Positions 53,701 to 62,259 of a stretch of DNA of 64,000 nt are shown here, in pieces. Each line of letters starts with the position of its first letter. Position 1 is the first letter of the stretch. This stretch comes from a virus (Duplodnaviria; Caudoviricetes): positions 51,922 to 115,921 of the IMG/VR virus record IMGVR_UViG_3300044973_000253, one strand, 5' to 3'. Position numbers and translations under genes: made by a program. The notes under the pieces were generated by a model, which was given only the letters and a program-made list of their open reading frames with translations, was not told where the DNA came from and did no database searches.

Positions 53701-54434
53701 ATGGTGTTTTTTATCTTACTCCATGTTTCATTGCCTTTCTGAATAAGTTCATTCCCAGCCTTTTCAAGATCGTTTTCCTCTCTCTTGTCATCTATAATTC
53801 CCTTGACTAATTTCGCTTTTTCCTTGGTTAGCAAAAAAGATTTATGTCCCGTCTCATATTCTTCTTTTGTAAGAAGATTTGACATTTTTTCAAAAAGTTC
53901 CAGCTGGTCTGTTGTGGTTTTTAAATGCTCCAAATCCTTAGAATCTGTTGATTTTGCATATTTGTCGTGTTCAGCTTGAACTTCCGCTTTCTTTTTTTGT
54001 AAACTTTCATAGGAATTCTCCTCCAACAAATGAGTCATTTTACTAAAATCCGAATCAGATATGCCTTTGTTTCTGGCATCCTGAGCAAATTTGTTCATAA
54101 ACACATTTTGACTGGAAATAGCCTTCATCAAATCGGGCATTACCTTTGTAAGAGCAGGTATTTCACGAAGAGTTTTTGCAACTTCACTATCGGTTCTTCC
54201 AAGACGTTCATACGCCTCCACACCTTTTCTCAGAAACGTTCCCTGTTCCTCGTAAGGATTTCTATCCTCACGTCTAAGGAATTGTTTGCTGAATTGTCCT
54301 TGGAATCTAATATCACCAAGATAGTCACCTTTTCCCTTTCCAGAAAGATTCGCATGATACAAAGCATCGTCAATCCGCTTTCGTATCAATTCGTCGAGTT
54401 CCTCTTGTGTGAGTTCTATTTTTTGTGATGACAT
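50793..54434 (-). CDS. Tail tape measure protein, 1213 aa
   Basis: Long helical Ala/Gly/Lys-rich protein with GxxxG tracts, downstream of the tube and chaperone genes. Confidence 0.8.
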   Translation of the reverse strand: MSSQKIELTQEELDELIRKRIDDALYHANLSGKGKGDYLGDIRFQGQFSKQFLRREDRNPYEEQGTFLRKGVEAYERLGRTDSEVAKTLREIPALTKVMPDLMKAISSQNVFMNKFAQDARNKGISDSDFSKMTHLLEENSYESLQKKKAEVQAEHDKYAKSTDSKDLEHLKTTTDQLELFEKMSNLLTKEEYETGHKSFLLTKEKAKLVKGIIDDKREENDLEKAGNELIQKGNETWSKIKNTMMAIWNIAKEATKTWREFDDIAYQSGRQIGMNKDNMEALRSTMVKASIDIAKYYNMSSEDLKAMVTSYASGTNSARLFNETEIKSMAYVQHYAGENATALVSGFDAVGGSVKVASANFLQLQKNSEKYGIDLSNYTKKVTENLALMNKVTFSEGVSGMEKMTILSERLKFNMTSVAGVADKASSIQGAIEMSAKMNMLGGSMASNMSNPLSLQYEANYDMEALTKKLVGTVAHMGRFNKKSGTVEISPIGKQLIKAESEATGFDAAELTNMATREAQSNAISSQLGNKFNADQKALIASRAYYDPSKQKFMINLNNHTEGGGAAKEVDISSLNAKSLGDLYSPSAETKNIENDVHNLWLHFEKEGQDKARNEMSKNETWDSAGKEGRAQTAQWTESLKGGMDAGQSFIETIKNHPAILGAAALLPSVAAGGGSFLAYKRVKRMLGKIAERNNPQTSQDIIQAEGGAGTAVGAGAGAAGGAGGAAGAAGAAGSAGAAGSAGGAAAAGAGSVAGNTGRAAGAAGKSKGILSFLRKIKIPKGLKKAGYIGLALTAAGYGISKLTGSDSDSDGDEEQEPSSGTGENISSPTQTNFQLNAANQTAIASMNPLNDIYNVLVSIDSRVAGIRGASESKNTIFGNGYIQANDGSFVDKYGAVGLMSALSLTGVKSTYKGIQSAGGVKALASAIRSKGVMKSMSMGALKKIPGIGLALSLASDAYLLHDAYDDSAIKALDKKKEYQAGKVDGFINNPDYYIQKSAKMNEKTDQKGMTMGSLAGTLIGGFLGSLIPGAGTVAGASLGSGIGAAAGSWIAKAFHDNPNDVRNKDLNKYASQVEGAVDINDPDILVKAALSTIKIHELLAYKFNKSEMTVVAHQTNATANAHMASSPTSGNGGQKGGAGNNGQSNNGYNVPNAGSGNVNVGGTIKIDFGNGNSKIINYRELANDHGFQQAVKNCIAKMHSAGGSSVKERFN
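52135..52320. repeat. Gly/Ala low-complexity coding tract in the tape measure gene
   Basis: GGAGTAVGAGAGAAGGAGGAAGAAGAAGSAGAAGSAGG..; locally GC-rich. Confidence 0.75.
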
Positions 54435-54517
54435 GTTATTACGATAGTTTTATTATAGATAAATAGAAAAAAAACGAAATTAGAATACACTAACTTCGTT
54501 TTATTAATATGTTTGTT

Positions 54518-54724
54518 TTATTGGTTATTTACGGTCTTGTTGAAATTTTCAGCATTCATCATTTCTTTACCATCAAGTCCGTTTTTCTCCTCCTCACATT
54601 TCTTGTTATGCCATGAAATAAAGAATCTTCTATCTCTTACAGGCATTCTTCTAAGCTCTTCAAAAGGGATATTCATGTATTTCTGGCAACTTGCAAGTTC
54701 TGCTTTCAAATTTATTTCATACAT
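54518..54724 (-). CDS. Small tail-chaperone partner protein (MYEINLKAE...MPVRDRRFFI)
   Basis: ATG overlaps the upstream stop (AATGTATGA); lies directly before the tape measure gene. Confidence 0.65.
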   Translation of the reverse strand: MYEINLKAELASCQKYMNIPFEELRRMPVRDRRFFISWHNKKCEEEKNGLDGKEMMNAENFNKTVNNQ

Positions 54725-56411
54725 TGGCGATATTAGTGAAAACATACTTGTCCCATTCAAGAAAGGTTTTAAGAGAACCACCTCCGAGATTCTTCGGCTT
54801 CTCAATTTCCACACTAAAATCTACACCAGGCTCATTGTCGGTCATATATTTTCTAAATTTCAAAGAATCAAGAGCAGGCATATTCATAACAAAGTTATCC
54901 ACAAAAGTTCTGTCTGTATTTCCATCAACAGCAACAATGGCAAGTTTGTAGAAATCGGTTATAGTTCTCAAAAAAGGATTTTTATCTATTTCGGCAGTAT
55001 CATCAGACCATTTTGATACCACTCCCAAAGATTCGGTGAGAGCCTTTTTGTTCTTTTCGCTCAGATTCTTCTCCATTTTGATGGCGTTTTTAAGTCTTGA
55101 AATGGAAGATACAACGACAGAATGTCTGATATTATTGTTATCCATTTCGTATTTGGAATCAAGAGTATCTTGGTCATATAATGACAGAAATCTGAATTTC
55201 AATACTGCCTTTGATACGGGACATTCAAAATCAAACAAACCATTTTCGTCTGATACCAAATCAAAAGGCTTATATTTGATTGTGGATAAATCTATAACCG
55301 AATCAAAAGGTGTATTGGTATCTGGATCGGTCACTGAAATAGGATAATCACTTCCGTAACTGTTTATTCTAAGCCACAATGTTATAGCATCAACATCTCC
55401 CTTGCATAACTTTTTAGGATTATCAAAATCCTTATCTATCACCTTGGCATTCAGCAGATATTCTATAATCTTGTTGTTTTCATACAGGTTCGGGGATGTT
55501 ATCATATCCTCGTCACTGGCATTGATATAAGCCACGGCAATAGAATCTTTCTTGTTGCCATAACACTGTCCCTTGGACGGCAAAGAAATGACATCATACG
55601 GAGGGATTATGCCATTAACAGTCTTCACATCAGTCACTGGTCTTTGTTTCATCATGTTCAAACGAATCTCTTCCACATCAACACTGCTTGAATTGTGTTT
55701 TGTTGAAACATAATCTTCTGTTGACTGTTTGCTATTTTCAGATTCTTTTTTTTCTGTGATTGTATCTTTAACTTTTTCCGTAGTTTCTTGGCTTCTGTTA
55801 AGATTTAATTTTGAGAATAAATCATTTGCAAAAGAAGAATAATCAGGCTCCTCTTTCTGTTTTGACTCGTTTTGTTTCATGTTATTTTCAACAGGAATCT
55901 GAACATCTTTATCCAATCGTTGAACTGGATTGATATTACCAGTATTGGAAAGAACCATATCGTTTATTCTCTTACTTTGCTCAACTCCGCCCTTGTCATA
56001 ATACTTTGTGATTTTCTTTCCATCTTTTGACATAACTGAATATTCCTCAAACTTATGCTCCTCATCCTCTATTTCATTTATTTTATCATCTATATTACTA
56101 TAAACGACAAACGGTTTAAAATTGGGATCTAACTGAGCAATTTTAGCTTCATTCTCCTTAATTGCAACTCTTAATGTCTCTTCTGTGTCTTTATACTTTG
56201 GCATATCCTGACCATTATTGGCCTCACGATATTTTTCGTTTTTCTTATGCAACCCTTTTAAAGACTGCAATATCATGACGGAAGAAAAATTGATTGATTT
56301 TATATCTTTTATATCCTGTTCTTTTTTGTTAATAGTGGTTCGAGTATCGGAAACACCTCCCTTTGAACCAAAACTTTCAATATTTGTTGGCTGCGATGTA
56401 TTATTATCCAT
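54717..56411 (-). CDS. Baseplate-hub assembly / tail assembly chaperone (T4 gp26-like C-terminal half) with a long N-terminal extension, 564 aa
   Basis: VISLPSKGQCY, DEDMITSPNL, GDVDAITLWLRINSYGSDY, MPALDSLKFRKYM..NEPGVD motifs. Confidence 0.7.
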   Translation of the reverse strand: MDNNTSQPTNIESFGSKGGVSDTRTTINKKEQDIKDIKSINFSSVMILQSLKGLHKKNEKYREANNGQDMPKYKDTEETLRVAIKENEAKIAQLDPNFKPFVVYSNIDDKINEIEDEEHKFEEYSVMSKDGKKITKYYDKGGVEQSKRINDMVLSNTGNINPVQRLDKDVQIPVENNMKQNESKQKEEPDYSSFANDLFSKLNLNRSQETTEKVKDTITEKKESENSKQSTEDYVSTKHNSSSVDVEEIRLNMMKQRPVTDVKTVNGIIPPYDVISLPSKGQCYGNKKDSIAVAYINASDEDMITSPNLYENNKIIEYLLNAKVIDKDFDNPKKLCKGDVDAITLWLRINSYGSDYPISVTDPDTNTPFDSVIDLSTIKYKPFDLVSDENGLFDFECPVSKAVLKFRFLSLYDQDTLDSKYEMDNNNIRHSVVVSSISRLKNAIKMEKNLSEKNKKALTESLGVVSKWSDDTAEIDKNPFLRTITDFYKLAIVAVDGNTDRTFVDNFVMNMPALDSLKFRKYMTDNEPGVDFSVEIEKPKNLGGGSLKTFLEWDKYVFTNIANV

Positions 56412-56458
56412 TGTTTTTATTTTAATTTTATTTTATTCATATAAAAAATAACATTTTT

Positions 56459-56490
56459 TTTGTTTTTTTGCGTTTATATACATATCTTTG
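56459..56490 (+). promoter_or_regulatory. Bacteroidota-type promoter of the HU gene
   Basis: TTTG-N20-TATCTTTG. Confidence 0.65.
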
Positions 56491-56544
56491 CTTCAAAGAA
56501 CATTATTCTTTTAATAGTAAATATATAATTTTAATTTTTTCAAT

Positions 56545-56811
56545 ATGAATAAAGCAGAATTGATTAGCGAGATCGCAAAGCAGACAAGTCTGACAAAGAC
56601 AGACACAGAAAAATTCCTTAACGCCTTAGTATCAACCATCTCTTCTTCTATGAAGAATGATGAACAAGTACAGTTGTTCGGTTTGGGAACATTCAAGACA
56701 ATTACCCGTGCTGCAAGACATGGAGTAAACCCAATCACCCATAAGCAGATGGATATTCCTGCAAAGAAAGCTGTAAAGTTCAAGGCTTCAAAGAATATCC
56801 TTGACGCTTAA
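56545..56811 (+). CDS. hup: HU family histone-like DNA-binding protein
   Basis: MNKAELISEIA..VQLFGLGTF..RAARHGVNPIT..IPAKKAVKFKAS. Confidence 0.95.
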   Translation: MNKAELISEIAKQTSLTKTDTEKFLNALVSTISSSMKNDEQVQLFGLGTFKTITRAARHGVNPITHKQMDIPAKKAVKFKASKNILDA

Positions 56812-56846
56812 TTCTTTTTGTGATATCAATCACTTGGATATCAAAC

Positions 56847-56882
56847 TAAAAGCGAACACATTTATTTGTGCTCGCTTTTTTT
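56847..56882. terminator. Bidirectional terminator between the convergent HU and endonuclease genes
   Basis: aaaagcgaacacatttatttgtgctcgcttttttt inverted repeat with A and T tracts. Confidence 0.7.
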
Positions 56883-57309
56883 ATTTCACATTTTCCAATA
56901 TGAGATTTACTTTTTGGGGATTATTTCGGATATCATTCTCCCAAATTCTAATCAGTTTTATTCCATGCAGTTTAGCCCAGTTGTCTTTTATGGTATCAAC
57001 GATTCCGCTCTTATATTGAACAAGATTTTTCTTCTTGAACTTTATAGGATTACAATGCCAATAATCACCATCAACCTCAATCAAAGTGTTTCTGTCTGGA
57101 AGATAAAAATCATAATAGCGATGGATATCCTTGGCTTCAAATTGATAGATATATTTTATATCATTCTTTTTTAAAAAGTCATTGGCAAACAATTCTTCCA
57201 ATTTTGATGTCCCGTATTTCTGCTTTTCTTCTCCGTCATATCCGTTTTTAATATCTTCAATAATGGCTTTTTGTATGCTATCATTTTTTCTCTTTGTTCC
57301 CTGTTTCAT
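56881..57309 (-). CDS. DUF559/Vsr-like PD-(D/E)XK endonuclease
   Basis: SKLE..YYDFYLP..LIEVDGDYWH..D..K......GIKLIRIWENDI; start reassigned to MKQGTK (57309). Confidence 0.8.
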   Translation of the reverse strand: MKQGTKRKNDSIQKAIIEDIKNGYDGEEKQKYGTSKLEELFANDFLKKNDIKYIYQFEAKDIHRYYDFYLPDRNTLIEVDGDYWHCNPIKFKKKNLVQYKSGIVDTIKDNWAKLHGIKLIRIWENDIRNNPQKVNLILENVK

Positions 57310-57374
57310 GATAATAAATAAAAAAGAGAGGAAAATATTCGTTTCCCCCTCTTTTAATATTATATAATTTTTGA

Positions 57375-57863
57375 TTAGTAAGCCAATATACAATAATCCA
57401 TCTGAATTCCAAGTGTAATATCAGCAAGGGCATCCTGACTATAATTAAGCTGACCGCCATCGAAACTGGTTATCATGCAATTTTTCAGAATCCACTTGCT
57501 CACACAAACACCCGTAGGATCCGACATTTCAAGTTCCAAATCACGTTTGTAACCTGCTGCATATCCCTGTCTTCCAGTAACGGATTCAGAATGTAATCTC
57601 ACCCACTCCATAACAGCCTGTGATGCGGAAGGTCCCTGCGGATCATGTAACTGAACCGTAATAGATTCCCACTTATATCTACCTACAACATAAGTTGAAG
57701 TATTAAAGAATGGTATCTCCACGGCACTTTGTGTCATGTGCGGTCTGGCAGCAGAAGCAACCCACCATTCCATAATTCCCAAATCAGAAGGGAATCTTAA
57801 TAAGAATCTATTTTGTCTTAACGGCTCATAATTGAGCGGGACTTTATTTAATAAATCACCCAT
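57375..57863 (-). CDS. Tail tube protein (T4 gp19-like)
   Basis: YEPLRQNRF, ARP, GRYKWESITV..DP..PSASQAVMEWVR, YKRD, DPTG...KWILK motifs; follows the sheath gene. Confidence 0.9.
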   Translation of the reverse strand: MGDLLNKVPLNYEPLRQNRFLLRFPSDLGIMEWWVASAARPHMTQSAVEIPFFNTSTYVVGRYKWESITVQLHDPQGPSASQAVMEWVRLHSESVTGRQGYAAGYKRDLELEMSDPTGVCVSKWILKNCMITSFDGGQLNYSQDALADITLGIQMDYCILAY

Positions 57864-57883
57864 TGTTTTTTAATTTTTAATGT

Positions 57884-58300
57884 TTATTCGTTTGATATTT
57901 CGTCATCATCTGGTTGCTGTGCCTTGTCGCACATAATCCATACTTTTTTGAACAATTCATAAGCTGGATTTTCAATATCGTTTGCAAGTAATTCCAGTCC
58001 CTGCAAAGCCATGCTTCTTATCTGAATAACAAGACCATCAGCATTATCAGCAGCATTTTGCTGTCCGTTATTTCCTCCATTTGGCTGTTGGCCTCCCATG
58101 TTTCCCATATCCATGTCCATATCCATATCTTCGGAACCGTCATCATACTGTTGCTGATTTCCATTGGGAGCACCATTGTCATTCATATCATTTCCTGATT
58201 CGGAATTGTAATAACTTTCATTTATTCCATATCTGCGGAAACGAGGAGCAAATCTTTTAGATTCGCAAAATCTCGAAAATCTATTATTTTTTCTTAGCAT
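57884..58300 (-). CDS. Acidic hypothetical protein, 138 aa
   Basis: Basic N-terminus ending in GINE, low-complexity middle, helical C-terminus; TATTTAT motif upstream. Confidence 0.65.
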   Translation of the reverse strand: MLRKNNRFSRFCESKRFAPRFRRYGINESYYNSESGNDMNDNGAPNGNQQQYDDGSEDMDMDMDMGNMGGQQPNGGNNGQQNAADNADGLVIQIRSMALQGLELLANDIENPAYELFKKVWIMCDKAQQPDDDEISNE

Positions 58301-58353
58301 AATTTACGTTCTTTTAAAATAAATAGTATAAATTTAAGATTTTATATAAAATC

Positions 58354-58392
58354 AAAAAAAAAGCGGAAATATATTGAATATCTCCGCTTTTT
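58354..58392. terminator. Terminator after the sheath gene
   Basis: aaaaaaaagcggaaatatattgaatatctccgcttttt; same AAGCGG..CCGCTT stem base as the cassette hairpins. Confidence 0.7.
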
Positions 58393-58408
58393 ATTAAAAT
58401 ATTAATGT

Positions 58409-61400
58409 TTACAAATCCTCAAACGAAACTCCCTGCTGAGTTATCATAAAGTCGATAGAGAAGTACTCAATCTGGGTGGTAGGCTTGATCCATATCTTGA
58501 TTGGCATTTCTCTTCTGTCCTTATCCTCATCAGAAGAAGAAATCTCAATCTTATATTGAACAATACCTCTATTCTCCTTTATAACCGACATTATGTTATT
58601 CAGCAAACCATAAACCTTGTCTACCTCTGTCTGGTCATACTGGTCAAATACCAAAGGATTCAACGCATCAACAACGCTCTTTCTTACATAAAGCATCAAA
58701 CGTCTAATGGCGATTCTTGTTAATGGCATTCTGTCATCGTCTGCATCATAAAGTGTCTTTTGTCCGAATACCTTGCATCCGTCTGTGGTAAAGTTGATAA
58801 TAGGATTAATTCTATTATTAGCCAAAGCATCACGTTCTCCGATATTCAAAGATTTCTTGACTTTGATACAGTCCACATTTCCATTCTGGAATCCTGCAGG
58901 AGAGTACCAAGGGAAAGAGAAATTGTCTATCTTTGCCATATTACGGACAATATCACGAGTTACTGGCAAATAGATATACATATTATTGGTACTGTCAAGA
59001 TACTTGGCCCAAGGATAATATACTGCAGCATATTTGGTATCAATGGTAGAATCATCAACCACATCAGATACATCGTCTGCCGAATACATTTCGTCTTTGC
59101 TATCATCAGCTCCATAAGGTTTATCAGGAAGTGTAGGCAGATACAATGTATCCTGTCTTTCCTCCTCTACCATTTCTATAACACTCTTAACCAATAAGTT
59201 CTGATTTTCTATATCAATTCCAGGAGTTGCCAGCAAATTGATATATATATCATTAGGATTAGAGAATTTTCTAATGGCAGCCAGATAAGCGTAATAGTCA
59301 GAAGTGATAGAGTTTCCAGTCAATCCAAGACTTTCAGCATCTGAAATACCCTTGAAATTACTTCCCTCGTTATTAACGCTATTTACACGTCCCTTATAGT
59401 TTGCATAAGTAAAGTCATCGGTGTTGGTTCTATCTGCACGATAAACATCCCATCCATCAAAACCTCCGTAGAACATAACGGTAAATTTACGCATATTTAC
59501 ATCCGAATAGATAGTATTTGACATATCCTCTTCGGTAGCTATAATAGGAGCGTCATCCTTATCTTCTGTTCTTGCCTGTGAATTGACGGTTGTAAATGTA
59601 TAACCCGATTCTCCCTCGACTGTTATTGATACTCCGCTATATTCACTGTTATCAGAATAAGAATCCTCATTTACTCTGCAATCCAAATGGAAACCATTTC
59701 CGAGTATTCTATTATCACCCTCAATGTAATATCTATCTCCCTTGAATGTAAATGTATCTACATCAATTCCAGCCAAATCGGAAAGTCCAAAATACTGTTT
59801 CTTTGCCTTTAATTCTGTATATACATCTGAATTATAAGGTATTGTAGGAGAAGATACAGCATCAACCGCATTTCCAACCGTAGGATAACCATTATAGAAA
59901 TTGATAGGATATCCTATGAAACCAGCAGGAACCGACAATTTGGTAGTGGTTGTTTCATTTACCTCAACGGTAACATAGTTCGATTTTGATTCATAAGTAC
60001 CATCATAAGAACCTATCTTGTAAGCTATATAATTGGCACTTCCTGGTTCAAGATTACATTTAGAGTATTTCTCCAAAACAACAGGATTGGCATCGGTATC
60101 ATTGATATCACGAAGAACAACAGTAAATGTCAAATCATCTGGCTTGATATCTGTAATAGATACCTTGAACATGTTATTTGCATTATCTCCATCAGATATT
60201 GTGTGGAATCTAAACAGCTTATGAAGTTCAATATGTGTTCTATCACCCTTGGCGTTTGAAACGATCCATGGTGTTGATGCAAATCTGTAAGAAGATTTAT
60301 AATCATTCAAATCAACCGTGACAGGAACTATAGACTTTACTCCATTTTCATCAAGCAATCTATAATAATATCCATCAGCCTCGTTCTTGACAATAGCCAT
60401 CTTGTTGATATTATAATTGCTTTCCTGTACTGATGTTCCAGCAGATGTGTATCTAAGCTGGTCCAATATAGGAACGACATTATTATCAATAGATACTTTT
60501 GCAGCAGTGGTATTCAGGTTCTCCAACCATACACTTCCTTTTGAATAGAATGAATATACATAATGTCTTACTCCATTATAAGTAAACTGTTTGACAACTA
60601 AAACCTGACCGATAAAATCAGCAGAACGTACACAAACAGAATATGTCTTAGGATCAATATACAATGTTATTCCAGTATCTCCAGTTTCTCCAAGGAATAC
60701 TCTTTGGCCCTTTGTCGTGGCGGTAAATATTCCGTCATCTCCCGCTGTAAACTTGAAAGTCTCTTGTGTCGCTGAATATGGTGCAGACTCTGTAACAGCT
60801 GAATCATAACCCGTATAAGAAGTTACAGTAAAGGTATAAGAAGTTATATTTTCTTTTGCATCCTTATCCGCAATCAGAGTGTATTTGGTAATAGCGGAAG
60901 AAGAATTATCCGACAAGACATAAGGTCTGTTATTCACATAATTATACAAATGTACATTTACATTTGCTCCCTCATCAGCAAGATAACGTTTTCCAACATA
61001 TTTCTTCGTAAGAGCCTCTTCCGATATAGGAACAAAATCAGAAACAGATTTCATACCACAATAATCGTATGTGTTAAATACATCATAAGCGGTAAGTTTA
61101 TTGCTGATGAAAGTGATACTTCCGTCATTGATTCCATTCTGCAGTGCTACATCATAAAGACTCTCACAATATATAGGTGCATTTGCGGCATCCATGTTTC
61201 CTCCTATAACTTTAAGAATATAATTCTTATCAGCAGGATTCAAAGATAATGAATACTTGAAATAACCCTCGCTCATCTCTCTTGAAACAGGCTTTACATA
61301 TATTGTGTTGTCTCCATATTTGACAGCAATATATCCAGTATCTGCAGTTGTTATAGCTGATTTTGAAGTAAAATACAAACCGTTAGCATCTGGATAAACT

Positions 61401-62176
61401 ATTATTTTCTGAGGATTTTTTGCGTCTCCAGAAGTTACATAAGTATCTCCAGTACATGTAGAAAACACCTCGTTTACTTTAAGATAATGTCCCTCTGATG
61501 TGGTTCCTTCAAGACAGAACAAACCATAATTGTTTGCGCTTACATACATCTGAACAGGAACTCCGTTAATGGTATATCCGTCACATTCGTTTCCGCTATC
61601 TTCAAGAGAAACGAAATTGCTTATACCAAGGGCATCCATATTATATGAAGAAGGAGCGGTACAATCATAAGCATCATCATCCCATTCTCCAATATCATAT
61701 CTTATCTTATCATAAACCGAACCTGCACATTTGCAATCATTAGCTATTGTAGGTACATATTTATGATATTTCTCATAATGTCCTCTTGAACGAATAACCG
61801 CAATAACTGTAGGCTTGTTTCCAGTAGCTCCATTTCCTGCAGTTATAAGCCATGCTGGTCCTGCATTATATCCACTCAAACCCAGAACTCTTACAACATC
61901 AAGCTGCTGTGACTGTTCAAAGTATGATTTTGCGATATAAGGCAATTCATATTTAGGAAATTTACTTCCTTTGTATGTAGTAACATCGGTGCCTCCAAAA
62001 ACCTTCTTAAAAGAAGCCCAATCGCTTACTTTTATAGGCTCAAATGCAGGCCCTTGTAGTGTCTCTCCAACCACTCCCAAAGTAGTGATTCCAAGACTCT
62101 TAACATTCGCTGCAACCTCAAACTCCCTCGTATAAACGCCAGGAGCGGTATGCGAACCTCTTGCTGTATCTGCCAT
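58409..62176 (-). CDS. Contractile tail sheath protein, 1255 aa
   Basis: APGVYTRE, GETLQGPAFEP, VVRVLG, GGFDG, LLATPG, YYPW, PWYSPAG, INPI..FGQKT, IAIRRL and IKPT motifs. Confidence 0.95.
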   Translation of the reverse strand: MADTARGSHTAPGVYTREFEVAANVKSLGITTLGVVGETLQGPAFEPIKVSDWASFKKVFGGTDVTTYKGSKFPKYELPYIAKSYFEQSQQLDVVRVLGLSGYNAGPAWLITAGNGATGNKPTVIAVIRSRGHYEKYHKYVPTIANDCKCAGSVYDKIRYDIGEWDDDAYDCTAPSSYNMDALGISNFVSLEDSGNECDGYTINGVPVQMYVSANNYGLFCLEGTTSEGHYLKVNEVFSTCTGDTYVTSGDAKNPQKIIVYPDANGLYFTSKSAITTADTGYIAVKYGDNTIYVKPVSREMSEGYFKYSLSLNPADKNYILKVIGGNMDAANAPIYCESLYDVALQNGINDGSITFISNKLTAYDVFNTYDYCGMKSVSDFVPISEEALTKKYVGKRYLADEGANVNVHLYNYVNNRPYVLSDNSSSAITKYTLIADKDAKENITSYTFTVTSYTGYDSAVTESAPYSATQETFKFTAGDDGIFTATTKGQRVFLGETGDTGITLYIDPKTYSVCVRSADFIGQVLVVKQFTYNGVRHYVYSFYSKGSVWLENLNTTAAKVSIDNNVVPILDQLRYTSAGTSVQESNYNINKMAIVKNEADGYYYRLLDENGVKSIVPVTVDLNDYKSSYRFASTPWIVSNAKGDRTHIELHKLFRFHTISDGDNANNMFKVSITDIKPDDLTFTVVLRDINDTDANPVVLEKYSKCNLEPGSANYIAYKIGSYDGTYESKSNYVTVEVNETTTTKLSVPAGFIGYPINFYNGYPTVGNAVDAVSSPTIPYNSDVYTELKAKKQYFGLSDLAGIDVDTFTFKGDRYYIEGDNRILGNGFHLDCRVNEDSYSDNSEYSGVSITVEGESGYTFTTVNSQARTEDKDDAPIIATEEDMSNTIYSDVNMRKFTVMFYGGFDGWDVYRADRTNTDDFTYANYKGRVNSVNNEGSNFKGISDAESLGLTGNSITSDYYAYLAAIRKFSNPNDIYINLLATPGIDIENQNLLVKSVIEMVEEERQDTLYLPTLPDKPYGADDSKDEMYSADDVSDVVDDSTIDTKYAAVYYPWAKYLDSTNNMYIYLPVTRDIVRNMAKIDNFSFPWYSPAGFQNGNVDCIKVKKSLNIGERDALANNRINPIINFTTDGCKVFGQKTLYDADDDRMPLTRIAIRRLMLYVRKSVVDALNPLVFDQYDQTEVDKVYGLLNNIMSVIKENRGIVQYKIEISSSDEDKDRREMPIKIWIKPTTQIEYFSIDFMITQQGVSFEDL

Positions 62177-62259
62177 CTTATTCTTATTTTATTTCTTTAT
62201 TTTATTATAAATAGATACCTACATTTGTAAATCATTTATTTTTATTTTTTTTGACAAAT

